A DNA stretch of 64,000 bases from contig OZ242195.1 in assembly GCA_965205975.1 (NCBI GenBank), forward strand, positions 224,001 through 288,000, written 5' to 3'. The translations under genes and the position numbers were made by a program. Below the pieces are notes generated by a model that saw only the letters and a list, made by a program, of their open reading frames with translations, was not told where the DNA came from and did not search any database. The DNA comes from Candidatus Latescibacterota bacterium (GTDB lineage Bacteria > Latescibacterota > UBA2968). Positions 1 to 10,127 of the stretch are shown piece after piece. Numbering within the stretch: position 1 is the first letter of the stretch; each line of letters begins with the position of its first letter.

Positions 1-1294
1 GTCCAGCGTTTGTACGCCGTCGCGCTATGCGATTCTTACGGGGCGATATTCGTGGCGTACCCGGTTGCAAGGCGGCGTGTTGTGGCCCTGGGATCCGCCT
101 TTGATTGATCCGGGGCGAACGACGGTGGCGACATTGCTGCGCGATCAGGGATATCGCACGGCCTGTATTGGGAAGTGGCATTTGGGATGGCACTGGGAGA
201 CAAAGGATGGGCGTGCGGCTTATGAAGGCGCGGAATACGGGGTGTTGGGTAGAGATCATCGGTATGAATTGGGCAAGAATATCGATTTTAGTAAGCCGGT
301 TACTGGCGGTCCTGTAGAATGTGGATTTGATTATTATTTTGGCGATGATGTGCCCAATTTTCCGCCCTATACCTGGTTTGAAAATGATCGTTTGGTGGAT
401 GCGCCTGTTGAGGAGAAGCCCGAGGAGATGTTTGGATCGCCCGGGCCAATGGCGCCGGGATGGTCTCTCGAAGCGGTGATGCCCGAGTTGACCCAGCGCG
501 CAGTTCAATATATTGAGGCGGCGGATGAGCAACCGTTTTTTTTGTATTTTCCGCTGACTGCGCCGCATACGCCGATTGTGCCAATAGATGAGTTTAAGGG
601 TATGAGCGAGGCTGGTGAATACGGAGATTTTGTGTGCGAAGTGGATTGGACTGTGGGCGAGGTGATGGCGGCTCTTGATCGAAAAGGGATTGCCGAGAAT
701 ACGCTGATTATTTTTACCAGTGATAATGGGCCGGAAAATTTTGCGTATAGACGAATCCAGGAATACGGGCATTACAGTATGGATGGCTTGCGGGGGTTGA
801 AACGCGATGTGTGGGAAGGTGGGCACCGGGTTCCGTTTGTTGCCAGATGGCCCGGTCAGATTGAGGGGGGCAGGGTTTGCGATGAGGTGATTTGTATGTC
901 CGATTTTATGGCTACGGCAGCGGCGATAACTGGCGTGTCTTTGTCGGAAGATATGGGTGAAGATAGTTATAATATACTACCCGCGCTTTTGGATGAGGCT
1001 TTTGATACGCCCATCCGAGAGGCGACTGTGCATCACAGCATTCGGGGAAAGTTCGCCATTCGGAAGGGCCGCTGGGTGTTGATTGATGCACCGAGTGGGG
1101 ATGATAATAAAGAGCCGGATTGGTTTGTGGAAGAACGCGGGTATGTACCCCACGATCATCCGGGAGAACTCTTTGATCTCGAACGCGATCGGATTGAGCG
1201 GTTTAACCGTTATGCAGAATATCCCGAGATTGTTGAAGAACTCAAGACTTTGCTCGAAAAGTATAAGCGAGAGGGCCGAAGTGTTTCGCGCTGA
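1..1294 (+). CDS. Arylsulfatase / sulfatase-like hydrolase (5' truncated by window edge)
   Basis: The frame is open upstream of the ORF-track start. Bases 2-60 read SSVCTPSRYAILTGRYSWR (formylglycine CxPxR motif). Also has GYRTACIGKWHLG, FTSDNG and WEGGHRVP sulfatase motifs. Confidence 0.93.
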   Translation, partial: SSVCTPSRYAILTGRYSWRTRLQGGVLWPWDPPLIDPGRTTVATLLRDQGYRTACIGKWHLGWHWETKDGRAAYEGAEYGVLGRDHRYELGKNIDFSKPVTGGPVECGFDYYFGDDVPNFPPYTWFENDRLVDAPVEEKPEEMFGSPGPMAPGWSLEAVMPELTQRAVQYIEAADEQPFFLYFPLTAPHTPIVPIDEFKGMSEAGEYGDFVCEVDWTVGEVMAALDRKGIAENTLIIFTSDNGPENFAYRRIQEYGHYSMDGLRGLKRDVWEGGHRVPFVARWPGQIEGGRVCDEVICMSDFMATAAAITGVSLSEDMGEDSYNILPALLDEAFDTPIREATVHHSIRGKFAIRKGRWVLIDAPSGDDNKEPDWFVEERGYVPHDHPGELFDLERDRIERFNRYAEYPEIVEELKTLLEKYKREGRSVSR

Positions 1295-1315
1295 TCTGGG
1301 ATGAGGGATGATTTT

Positions 1316-2251
1316 ATGGGACGTATTTTTTGCATCCTGATTGTATTTGTATGGGTTGGCACAGCCGGGGCAGAGGTGCAGGTCGAGTTCCGCTTTGAGG
1401 CTGTTTTTGGGGAAATAGGGGGTGGCGATGGGCAGTTTCTCGATCCGGAGGGATTGACCCTGGATACGTCGGGCAATGTGTTTGTGGTGGATACGGGAAA
1501 TGATCGCGTCCAAAAATTATCTCCAACGGGTACTTTTTTGAGGGCGGTGGGTGGACCGGGCTGGGAAGATGGGCAATTTAATAAACCGGGGGGTATTGCC
1601 GCGAGCAAGGGGCTGGAGATTTATGTGGCCGATGGTCGAAATCGCCGCATTCAGGTGTTTAATCTCAATTTGCGTCTTCTGGCGGTGATTGGTGGTGCGG
1701 ATGCTGGTGGTTCTATGGATCTGGGTACGCTCAGTGGTATTGCCGTGTCGGATGCAGATGAGATTTTGGTGAGCGATATCGATGCCGATCAACTGGTGCA
1801 GATCGATACGTATAGCCGCGTTGATCGCAGTTTTGGCGGTTTTGGATATGGGGCTGGCAATTTGCGGCGTCCTTTGGGGATTGCAATAGAAGGGCGCGAG
1901 AAGGTTTATGTTTGCGATAGCGAGAATGATCGGATCGCGGTGTTCGACAGGTTTGGCAATTTTCAAAAGACAATGGGCGAAGATATTTTGTTGCAGCCTT
2001 CGGCACTTTGCGTGGGGCCTGAGCGGACGTTGATTGTGGCGGATACAGGCCACCATCGCATTGTGGTTTTTGATCTCGATTCTGGCGGTGTTGTTGGCTC
2101 TTTGGGCGGTCCCGATCCGGGAAGGGGTGCGATGGCGTTCCAATTTCCCCGGGGTGTCGCACTTGGACGCGCTGGCAGGTTGTTCGTTCTGGATTCGGGC
2201 AATGGGCGCATTCAGAAGTTGCAATTGCAAGTTTCAAGGATCCGCAGATGA
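1316..2251 (+). CDS. Secreted NHL-repeat beta-propeller protein
   Basis: Signal-peptide-like N-terminus and repeated F..P.GIA.D..G.VYVxDxxNxRIQ NHL units. Start is 1301 or 1316. Confidence 0.85.
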   Translation: MGRIFCILIVFVWVGTAGAEVQVEFRFEAVFGEIGGGDGQFLDPEGLTLDTSGNVFVVDTGNDRVQKLSPTGTFLRAVGGPGWEDGQFNKPGGIAASKGLEIYVADGRNRRIQVFNLNLRLLAVIGGADAGGSMDLGTLSGIAVSDADEILVSDIDADQLVQIDTYSRVDRSFGGFGYGAGNLRRPLGIAIEGREKVYVCDSENDRIAVFDRFGNFQKTMGEDILLQPSALCVGPERTLIVADTGHHRIVVFDLDSGGVVGSLGGPDPGRGAMAFQFPRGVALGRAGRLFVLDSGNGRIQKLQLQVSRIRR

Positions 2252-2272
2252 ACGCAGATGAACGCAGATGAA
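2239..2272 (+). repeat. Tandem decamer array (AACGCAGATG family), copy 1
   Basis: gatccgcagatg-aacgcagatg-aacgcagatg-aa; contains the stop codon of the NHL gene. Confidence 0.9.
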
Positions 2273-2308
2273 AAGAGGGGCTGTGAATCAGGAAGGATGA
2301 AGTGAGAC

Positions 2309-2366
2309 GTAGGGGCGAAAAATTTTTCGCCCGGCCATAATGTAGGGGCAACCCTCGTGGTTGCCC
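2309..2366 (+). repeat. Two GTAG-type REP palindromes
   Basis: GTAGGGGCGAAAAATTTTTCGCCC (2309-2332) and GTAGGGGCAACCCTCGTGGTTGCCC (2342-2366): a GTAG tetranucleotide followed by a GC hairpin. Confidence 0.8.
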
Positions 2367-2456
2367 GTATTCATGGGCAGACCGCATTAACACAACAGGC
2401 CGGGATGTTCCGCGGGGGCGGGATGTCCTATTTTTTTTAGAAGCGAGACATGAGAG

Positions 2457-5400
2457 ATGAGTTTTAGCACCCTTCGTATTGCTCAGGGTATTGTATTTTT
2501 TTTCGTCTGTGTTGTGTCGGCACAGGCACAGGTTCCCGTGCCAGAGCAGTTTACGCTATTTGATGGGGAACGGATGTTTCAAGCGGATGGAAGCCGCGGG
2601 CCTTTTTCGATTTCCAATCGCGCCATTGATGAGGGGAGTGAACGGGTTTGGGTGGATGGGGTGTTGCTCATTCGGGACCGGGATTATGTGGTGGATGTCG
2701 ATCGCGCGTTGCTGACGCTTTTGCAGGATGTTGCGCGGGGGGTGGAGATTGTGGTGCGTTTTAGACAGCGTCCTCTGGTAACCGCACCTGTGGTTCAGCG
2801 TCGTCAGTTCCAACCGGGGGAAGGCGGTGGAGATCAACCGATTGTGCGTGTGTTTGCTCCACCTGTTGTGCGAGATAGGGATGAAGAGCAGAAGTTGACG
2901 ATTGGTGGTCATAAGAGTATTTCCGTAACTGCGGGATCTCAACACGCGGTTCATCAGGCTTTGCAGTTGCGTATTTCGGGCGAGGTTGCCGAGGGGGTCA
3001 ATTTGTTGGCTGTGCTGTCTGATCGCAATTTGCCAATAGGCGAGCAGGGCGGGTCGAAGCGGTTGCAGGAATTGGATCGCGTGTTTTTTCAGGTTAATGC
3101 CAATCAGGTATCGGCTACGCTCGGCGATCTCGATGTGGCGTTTGATGGGACTGTGTTTGGGCGCTATCGGAGGCAGTTGCAGGGCGCGCGCGTGTTGGCC
3201 CATCAGCAGAATGGGCAAGTTGCGGCTTTTGGGGCAGTGTCGCGGGGGCGTTGGGAAACGCGGCGGCTGGTGACGGTTGAGGGGTTTCAGGGACCTTATT
3301 CATTGTCGGGTGGTGGCTTGAGAGGGCAGATAGTGCCAGAGTCTGAGCGCGTGTATCTCAACGGGCGGTTGCTCAGACGCGGGGATGGGGCAGATTATAC
3401 GATTGATTACGAGCGCGGGCATGTGGCGTTTACGCCTGAGATACCGATTGGAATGGAGAGCCGCGTTACAGTGGAGTATCAGGTGATTGATGCCGGTATG
3501 AGAAGCCGGCTGATGGGTATGGAGTCCCGCGTGTCACTCGGTGAGGGGATGTCTGTGGGGACAACGCTGATTCGAGAGTCTGATCGTTCTGCATTGTCGC
3601 ATGGGATAGCTTCAGTGCATCGACAGTTGGGGGTGGTGTACGCGACGTACACGCCATGGTCAAATGCGCGTATTTCTGGGGAGTTCGCCTTGAGTGATCG
3701 GGATTTGGGAAGTGGACGCGGGTTTCGCATGGATGGCGCGTGGAATGCGCGCAATTTTGAAGTCACGGGCCGGTTTCGTCAGGTTGGGGCCAATTTTGAA
3801 GCATTTGAGAGATTGGATAGAGGGCGGGCTGCCGGGCGATGGGGATGGCAAGCCGATACTGCGCGAACCGCCCAACGCGAGGGCGAGATGGCTGTGCGTT
3901 GGGATTTGGGCAAGGCGTTTTTTGTTACTGGGGAATACGGACAGCATTTGGGTGCTGTGCTAACGGATCGGAAAAGTGTGGGGATTCACGCGCCTGTAGG
4001 GATGTACCGCTACGAGTCGCTCGGGCGCGGTAGCGGCGAGATGCGCCGGCACGAGGGGCAAGTTGAAGTGTCGATGGGAGGTGTTGTGCCGGGGTTTCGT
4101 TTTTCGCTGGAAAATGGGATGGGTGATGGGGTGGGTAGCAGTTCGCTTTTTTATGCCACACGTCCGCGTGTTTTGCCCCAGGGTGTTGACAAACAGGAGT
4201 TGGTGTGGCACATAGGTGTTGGCGAAGGGCGAAATTGGTCGTGGGTATCGGAGTTGAAATATCGGAAGTTCAGGCAGCGAGAAGCGGTGTGGCAGGATAG
4301 TTTGCGCGGGTGGTTGCACACCCACAGGGCGCAGATGACAAATTGGAAGGGTTGGATTTTTGCGGGTTCTTATACGCACGGAGAAATTCATATCGGGCGT
4401 GAACGTCAGCAGACGACGACGCATCTGGGGCGCGTGCGGTTGGGACATAATCGTCCTGGCTCATCACATCAGATAACGTATCGCGTTTCGAGTACGCGGG
4501 TCAGCCAGCCCATTTTTATCGAGGTGGCATCCGGGCTGGGGGAATATATCTGGGAGGATGCCAATGGCGATGGTTTGCGCGATGCGGAAGAGTTTGTACC
4601 CGATGTCGATGGCAATTATGTGCGGGTTTATGATTACGGGCAGTTTGCACCTGCTCGCGATGGCGCGCTGGGCATGCGCGTGGAGATTGATTTTCGGCGT
4701 TTGATTGGCGATGAGCACTTTTTGTCCGCTGTTGCGCTGGATGCATCGTTTCGTGCGGAGCGGCAGATTGCGACTGGGGCGAAGCAGGCAGCTCCCTGGG
4801 ATTTGTTGGGTTTTGATGCGGATGCCGGGATTTTGGGTGCTCGCAGAGATGGGCTGATGCGTCTTTATTTGTTTCGGTATCACAGGCGAGGATCATTGCG
4901 TTTGACTGCGCGCGTGCGCGATCTGGTTAATCGGGCGTTTTACGGGGGGGCTGCCGAATTTTTTGTGCAGGGTGGCGTGTTGGGGAAATTGAGGCCTGTC
5001 AATCGTCTTGAACTGGAGACGGAATTTGATCTGGGGCATAGGGTGCGCGAGGGTGCAGGTGCTTTTGCCTATCGCATTGATGGGGCGAGTGGTGCGCTGC
5101 GTTGTGCGTTCAGGTCTGCACATAAATGGTATTTGCGGTTGGGCATTTTGGGGGGGCGAGATTGGGAAGGTATCCGGACGTTGCGCGTGTGGCATATCGG
5201 TGTTCAGCCAGAGGTGATTTACGCTTTGCCCGGTCGCGGGCGATTGCGCGGGCGGGTGGATTGGACGCGGGTTTGGGCGACGGATACAGTGCCCTTATTT
5301 TTAGGGTTGGCAAGGGGTAATCGTCAGGGGCAGAACTGGGGGTGGCGATTGGGGATGGATTACCGTTTTGGCAAATATGTATCGGCGCGGGTGATGTACG

Positions 5401-5468
5401 ATGGTCGTGTAAGGCCTGCTCGTCAGACGATACATCTCGGGCGCGTGGAGATGCGGGCGGTGTTTTGA
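2457..5468 (+). CDS. Large secreted / outer-membrane protein (probable beta-barrel), function unknown
   Basis: 1003 aa with a signal peptide (AQA), two SERVxxxG..L.RxxDYxxD repeats, a DANGDG calcium-binding-like motif, alternating beta-strands and a terminal Phe (EMRAVF). Confidence 0.65.
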   Translation: MSFSTLRIAQGIVFFFVCVVSAQAQVPVPEQFTLFDGERMFQADGSRGPFSISNRAIDEGSERVWVDGVLLIRDRDYVVDVDRALLTLLQDVARGVEIVVRFRQRPLVTAPVVQRRQFQPGEGGGDQPIVRVFAPPVVRDRDEEQKLTIGGHKSISVTAGSQHAVHQALQLRISGEVAEGVNLLAVLSDRNLPIGEQGGSKRLQELDRVFFQVNANQVSATLGDLDVAFDGTVFGRYRRQLQGARVLAHQQNGQVAAFGAVSRGRWETRRLVTVEGFQGPYSLSGGGLRGQIVPESERVYLNGRLLRRGDGADYTIDYERGHVAFTPEIPIGMESRVTVEYQVIDAGMRSRLMGMESRVSLGEGMSVGTTLIRESDRSALSHGIASVHRQLGVVYATYTPWSNARISGEFALSDRDLGSGRGFRMDGAWNARNFEVTGRFRQVGANFEAFERLDRGRAAGRWGWQADTARTAQREGEMAVRWDLGKAFFVTGEYGQHLGAVLTDRKSVGIHAPVGMYRYESLGRGSGEMRRHEGQVEVSMGGVVPGFRFSLENGMGDGVGSSSLFYATRPRVLPQGVDKQELVWHIGVGEGRNWSWVSELKYRKFRQREAVWQDSLRGWLHTHRAQMTNWKGWIFAGSYTHGEIHIGRERQQTTTHLGRVRLGHNRPGSSHQITYRVSSTRVSQPIFIEVASGLGEYIWEDANGDGLRDAEEFVPDVDGNYVRVYDYGQFAPARDGALGMRVEIDFRRLIGDEHFLSAVALDASFRAERQIATGAKQAAPWDLLGFDADAGILGARRDGLMRLYLFRYHRRGSLRLTARVRDLVNRAFYGGAAEFFVQGGVLGKLRPVNRLELETEFDLGHRVREGAGAFAYRIDGASGALRCAFRSAHKWYLRLGILGGRDWEGIRTLRVWHIGVQPEVIYALPGRGRLRGRVDWTRVWATDTVPLFLGLARGNRQGQNWGWRLGMDYRFGKYVSARVMYDGRVRPARQTIHLGRVEMRAVF

Positions 5469-5536
5469 TCCGCAGATGGACGCAGATGGACGCAGATGAA
5501 AAATCAAATGTAGGGGCGGTGCCCCTGTGCCCGCCC
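5467..5536 (+). repeat. Decamer array copy 2 plus GTAG REP
   Basis: gatccgcagatgga-cgcagatgga-cgcagatgaa overlaps the upstream TGA; GTAGGGGCGGTGCCCCTGTGCCCGCCC at 5510-5536. Confidence 0.85.
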
Positions 5537-5577
5537 GTCGTGCAAAGGTGCAGATGAATACGGATCAATACATAAAA

Positions 5578-7215
5578 ATGTGGCGATATTTGCTTTTTGC
5601 GGTGTGGATGGTCTGTGTCGCGTCCAGCGCGGGGGGAGAGGTGCGTGCGATTGTGAAGCGCGTGCAGGTTGAAGGTGCACGGTCTGTAAGTGTGCGCGAT
5701 GTGCGGGAGTGGCTGATTACGCGGGCGGGGATTGCAGTGGATTCGGCGTTGTTGCGAAAGGATGTTCACCGCATTTTGAAGGGGTATCAGGCGCGTGGAT
5801 TCTGGCATGTGGCGGTGGCTTTTCCCAGGATTGTTATGCGCGGTGGCGACGCGGTGGTGACTTTTGCGATTGTTGAGGGGGTGCGAACGCGGGTTGCGTC
5901 TGTGGAGGTGCGCGGTGATTTGATTTTTGAGCCATCGGAGGCTTTTGGCCTCACGCGGGGTATGGTGTTGCTCGAAAGTGATTTGGAACAGCGGTTGGAT
6001 CGTTTGTTGCGTTTTTATGAAGATCGGGGCTATCCATTTTGCGCGTTGCGTCCAGATGTGCAATTTGATAGGAATAGTGCGCGCGTGCAGGTGGTGGTGT
6101 CGCCCGGTCCTCTGGTGCATGTCGATGCGGTGCGTTTTGAGGGCAATGAAACGACGCGGGAAGATGTTTTGTTGCGGCATATTTCGTTTGTTGCGGGGGA
6201 GGTCTATGACCAGCGTCGCGTGGATGCTTTTGTGCGGCAGTTGCAAAATTTGCCGTTTATCGACCGGGTTTATACGCCTGAACTCGTATCTACCGGTGAT
6301 GAGATGGCTCTTGTGATTGATTTGGAGGAGTCGCGTCACACGCGCATTGAAGGGGTGCTCGGTGTGGGATCTGGACAGGGTTTGACCGGAGAGATCGCGC
6401 TCGATATTTTGAATTTTTCCGGCGGGGGTCGAGAGGGGTACGCGTTGTGGTCTCGGCAGGGGGTGGGGGTGTCGAATTTGCGCGTTTCGTATCGCGAACC
6501 CTATGTGTTAAATAGTCCGCTTTCCGGTTGGGGTGCGGTAGAAATGGTTGCGCGCACGGGGTATGTGACGCATAAGTTTGGGGGAGGCGCAGATGTGTCT
6601 GTGGGAGAGGGCGCGCGCTTTTTTGGCGGTGTTGCACACAGGCGCGTTTTGCCCGATTCTACGGGGTTGGGATTTTTCGAGGCTGAGAGGATGTGGTCTC
6701 TCGCGTCGGGTGTTCGGTTTGATCGGCGAGGGCGTGATATGAGCGGCTGGCAGGCGGAGGTCAGGGGAGAGATCGGTGAGGTTTCAGATGGGATCAGGCG
6801 CGTGCAGTGGGAGGTTGATGGACAGGTGTTTTTGCCTGTGGGCAGGCAGTCTATTATTGCGGGACGGGCGCGCGTTTTATGGGTGGGGCAGAAAGGGGAT
6901 GTGCCGCAGTCTGCCGGTATCTGGCTGGGGGGCGCACAATCGCTGCGGGGCTATCGGGAAGAGATGTTCTGGGGGACAAATGCGGGGTGGATCAATGTGG
7001 AGTGGCGGTGGTTGCTGGGACTAAAAACGCGGCTTTTTGCCTTTGTCGATGCGGGAAGGATTGAAGGGGCAGGGTCGCGTTCGTGGCCCGTGTCCTATGG
7101 CATTGGGCTTCTGGCAAATGGACGGATGGGCGCGGTTGGGATAGATTATGGTTTGCCACGGGGCGAGAGCCTGGGGCAGGGGATGGTGCATGTGCGGATG
7201 GTCAGTGCGTTTTAA
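5578..7215 (+). CDS. BamA/TamA (Omp85) family outer membrane protein with POTRA domains
   Basis: Signal peptide, POTRA repeats (Y..RGY; V.FEGN..T.E.VL.R), LGGAQSLRGY (Omp85 loop-6 VRGF/Y motif), FAFVDAG and a terminal Phe. ATG at 5578 preferred. Confidence 0.85.
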   Translation: MWRYLLFAVWMVCVASSAGGEVRAIVKRVQVEGARSVSVRDVREWLITRAGIAVDSALLRKDVHRILKGYQARGFWHVAVAFPRIVMRGGDAVVTFAIVEGVRTRVASVEVRGDLIFEPSEAFGLTRGMVLLESDLEQRLDRLLRFYEDRGYPFCALRPDVQFDRNSARVQVVVSPGPLVHVDAVRFEGNETTREDVLLRHISFVAGEVYDQRRVDAFVRQLQNLPFIDRVYTPELVSTGDEMALVIDLEESRHTRIEGVLGVGSGQGLTGEIALDILNFSGGGREGYALWSRQGVGVSNLRVSYREPYVLNSPLSGWGAVEMVARTGYVTHKFGGGADVSVGEGARFFGGVAHRRVLPDSTGLGFFEAERMWSLASGVRFDRRGRDMSGWQAEVRGEIGEVSDGIRRVQWEVDGQVFLPVGRQSIIAGRARVLWVGQKGDVPQSAGIWLGGAQSLRGYREEMFWGTNAGWINVEWRWLLGLKTRLFAFVDAGRIEGAGSRSWPVSYGIGLLANGRMGAVGIDYGLPRGESLGQGMVHVRMVSAF

Positions 7216-7294
7216 TTTGTGTGACATTTGCGCGTAGAGTATATTCTGAGGCGCACGAAATTCGTATGCAATTATCATTCACGAGGAGAGTTTT

Positions 7295-9226
7295 ATGTTG
7301 AGCAGGATTCGCAGTGTTATGGTGGTCGCACTTGTCGCTGGTCTCATGTGGGGCTGTGGCGGCGAGCGCGGGATGGAGCCTTCCGGGGTAGATGAGCAGA
7401 TTGGGCGTCCGCTGAGCAAATTAGCTGTAGCGGATGGGAGTGTGTCTCAAGCGACGGTGGTGGCGACGGTGTCGCAAGATGACGCGCCTGTGGCAGGTGC
7501 GCTGGTCGAGTTTGCGCGTTCTATTGCCGGGCAGGCACCGGATTATCAGTGGTCGGGTATGACCGATGATATGGGGCGCGTTACGGTGGAGATATCCGGC
7601 CAGACGAGTGGATATTATCAGGCGCGCGCTTCTCGATATGGCTCTGTGATAGGGCGCTGGTCGAGTATCCCGATTAACGGGGGCTATACGTCGATGGTTG
7701 CGTTACCCATTGGTGGGAAGGCACAGGTGACGGGTACGTCTCGACCTATATCAGTTGGCCTGGTCGTGTCCAAAACGGGGCGATTATCCGAGATTGGACA
7801 GGGGTTTATCAATGGCTTTGAAATGGCTCTTGAAGAGGTGAATGCCTCACTGAGCGATGCGAGTTTGAGGTTTATTGTCGAGGATGATCAGAGCACCATA
7901 GAAGGCGCTACTGCGGCGTATAATAAACTCATTCATGAAGATGGTGTGCCAGCCATTCTCGGTGTTTATACTTCTACTATGGTGCGTGCGGTATTTCCCA
8001 TTGCACAGGAAAATGAGGTTGTGGCGATTAGCCCCACTTCGGCTGCACGCGGTCTCAGCGCGATTGGCGATTTTGTCTTTCGCGTCGCCCTTACCGTTGA
8101 TGAGTTAATTCCGGGTAGTGTAAAATTGACTCGGGAAAAATTGGGCTATGAGCGCGTGGCCACAATGTATCAAAGCATGGATGTTTTTTCGCAGAGTAGC
8201 GATGAGGTGTTGAAAAGTGCCTTTAGTGAGAACGGGGTCGAGGTTCTGGCTACTGAGACTTTTGAAACCGGCGCTATGGATCTTTCCGAGCAATTTTCCA
8301 GGATTGTGGCACTGAATCCAGATGCGATTTTTGTTTCGGCTATATCAGTAGGGCGGACACAGGCTCTGATCGATGGGGGACAACACGGTATTCCTATCCT
8401 GATGCCCCTGCTCACTATGGATGAGGTAGAACGCGCCGGGGAGGCAGCCGAGGGGGCAATTAGTTTTACGTATTGGAGCAGTACGGGTAATGTACCGGCC
8501 AATCGCGTCTTTGTTGAGAATTATATGGCGAAATACGGTGTCGAGCCGGGCCGATTCGCCGCTGTATCCTACGCGACGGTTCATATTCTGGCAAAGGCTA
8601 TTGCTGATGCCCCGTCCTCCGATCCGCGCGCGATTCGGGACGCGTTGGCTCAGATCGAGAATTTGGACACGATTTTGGGTGCGTTTTCGTTTGACGCCAA
8701 TGGCGATGCGGTTTACGATCCGGCTGTTCTGATTGTTAAGGATGGGAAATTTGAAGTGTTTGATACACAAACTGCCATGATTGCGACTGCGACAATCGGC
8801 GAGACGAACGAAAGCGGTGTGGCTGGAAAAGCGGTTTTCACGCAAGTCGGCGATAATATCAGGCTCGTCGTCTCGCTCGCTAATGCGTCCGCAGGCGAAC
8901 ACGCTGTCCATATCCACGCAACCGGCGATTGCAGTGCGCCAGACGGGACATCGGCTGGCGGGCATTGGAATCCCACTGGCGTTGCACACGGAAAATGGGG
9001 AGAAGGTGAGTTTCACCTCGGCGACATTGGCAATCTGATGGTTGATGATCAAGGCATGGGGAAAATTGCACTGACGACAAATCTTTGGGAGATGAACACT
9101 GGCTCAGACATAGATATTGTTGGAAAAGCGATCATCGTCCATGCGGGTGCTGATGATTTTGTCTCACAACCTTCGGGCAATGCTGGCGCACGCATCGGTT
9201 GCGGTGTGATTGAGTTAGGGCAGTAA
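7295..9226 (+). CDS. Lipoprotein fusion: N-terminal beta-sandwich + branched-chain-amino-acid-type (Liv) substrate-binding domain + Cu/Zn superoxide dismutase domain
   Basis: Lipobox LMWGC. Liv SBP motifs (IVEDDQST, ISPTSAA, FSFDANGDAV). SodC motifs HAVHIH, GGHWNP, HLGDIGNL, IIVH, GNAGARIGCGVI. GGAG RBS upstream. Confidence 0.85.
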   Translation: MLSRIRSVMVVALVAGLMWGCGGERGMEPSGVDEQIGRPLSKLAVADGSVSQATVVATVSQDDAPVAGALVEFARSIAGQAPDYQWSGMTDDMGRVTVEISGQTSGYYQARASRYGSVIGRWSSIPINGGYTSMVALPIGGKAQVTGTSRPISVGLVVSKTGRLSEIGQGFINGFEMALEEVNASLSDASLRFIVEDDQSTIEGATAAYNKLIHEDGVPAILGVYTSTMVRAVFPIAQENEVVAISPTSAARGLSAIGDFVFRVALTVDELIPGSVKLTREKLGYERVATMYQSMDVFSQSSDEVLKSAFSENGVEVLATETFETGAMDLSEQFSRIVALNPDAIFVSAISVGRTQALIDGGQHGIPILMPLLTMDEVERAGEAAEGAISFTYWSSTGNVPANRVFVENYMAKYGVEPGRFAAVSYATVHILAKAIADAPSSDPRAIRDALAQIENLDTILGAFSFDANGDAVYDPAVLIVKDGKFEVFDTQTAMIATATIGETNESGVAGKAVFTQVGDNIRLVVSLANASAGEHAVHIHATGDCSAPDGTSAGGHWNPTGVAHGKWGEGEFHLGDIGNLMVDDQGMGKIALTTNLWEMNTGSDIDIVGKAIIVHAGADDFVSQPSGNAGARIGCGVIELGQ

Positions 9227-9258
9227 TAGGAGACAGAAAGTTTTGTTAAACGGTGTGA

Positions 9259-9290
9259 AAGGGCGCGTTCAAAACGCGCCCTTATTTTTA
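9259..9290. terminator. Bidirectional intrinsic terminator
   Basis: Stem aagggcgcgtt/aacgcgccctt with A/T-rich flanks, between convergent genes. Confidence 0.7.
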
Positions 9291-9299
9291 TCCGTGGAT

Positions 9300-10118
9300 T
9301 TAAAAAAAGGGGAAAAGTTTTGGGATGTTGTCATTTGTGAGCGCGCTGCCGTATTCACAGCCTTCATAAGCTTCGGCATATCGGACTTTTGAACCGCGTT
9401 CTTGTCCGTAGTATTTGATCAGTAGGTCGCGATACCGATCCGCTACGGTGCGAAATTGAGTAAGGCGATGCCGCAACCATTTGCGGCGGTTTTGTGGCGA
9501 TTCGGGTACCTGGTTGAGGTGGCCCGCGTTAAAGGGTAGCCATTCGTACATTTGCGATGTGTGGCAGTGTAGCATGTCGAGTTTTTTGTCGATGACATCG
9601 TCTATGGCTATGACGACATGGGGAGAGAAAGGTTGAGGCTTTTGGAAGTTGTCGCTCAGGTACGCAATGACGGGGTTGTACGACAGGGCGGGTGTGTCTG
9701 TGCAGATGTTGGGCACGGTGACCATGTATGCCGAGTCTTGCACGAGGATGGATGTGTAGCGGTGGTCGGGGTGGTAATCGTTGGGGCGATGGGTCAGGAT
9801 GAGGTCCGGCGTATAGTTGCGAATCTGGCGGATGATTTTTTTGCGATTTTCAAGGGTGGGTTCAAGTTCGCCGTCGTGGTTGTCGAGTACGTGGTATTCG
9901 ATGCCCGCGACTGCACCTGCTGCCTGAGCTTCGGCGCGGCGGCGACGGGCGAGTTCAACGCCGCCAATTTCGTGATGGCCCGCGTCGCCATTGGTGACAG
10001 AGACAAATTTTACCTCGTGCCCGAGGTTTGCGTATTTGATGGCGATGCCGCCCGCTTTGATATCACAATCGTCGGGATGGGCGCCAAAGACGATGATTTT
10101 CAGGGAATGGTCGTTCAT
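9300..10118 (-). CDS. PIG-L / LmbE family deacetylase
   Basis: FGAHPDD, VTNGDAG, RRAEA and YHPDH motifs. Confidence 0.9.
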   Translation of the reverse strand: MNDHSLKIIVFGAHPDDCDIKAGGIAIKYANLGHEVKFVSVTNGDAGHHEIGGVELARRRRAEAQAAGAVAGIEYHVLDNHDGELEPTLENRKKIIRQIRNYTPDLILTHRPNDYHPDHRYTSILVQDSAYMVTVPNICTDTPALSYNPVIAYLSDNFQKPQPFSPHVVIAIDDVIDKKLDMLHCHTSQMYEWLPFNAGHLNQVPESPQNRRKWLRHRLTQFRTVADRYRDLLIKYYGQERGSKVRYAEAYEGCEYGSALTNDNIPKLFPFF

Positions 10119-10127
10119 AGTGGCTCC

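Noticed and set aside
2239..2272. Decamer, heptamer and 33-bp repeats as CRISPR arrays
   Set aside because: The units are directly tandem with no unique spacers, and no cas genes are present.
5110..6339. 409-aa antisense ORF and many other overlapping ORFs in the six-frame track
   Set aside because: They lie opposite or within well-supported genes and have no motifs; they are shadow ORFs from codon bias.
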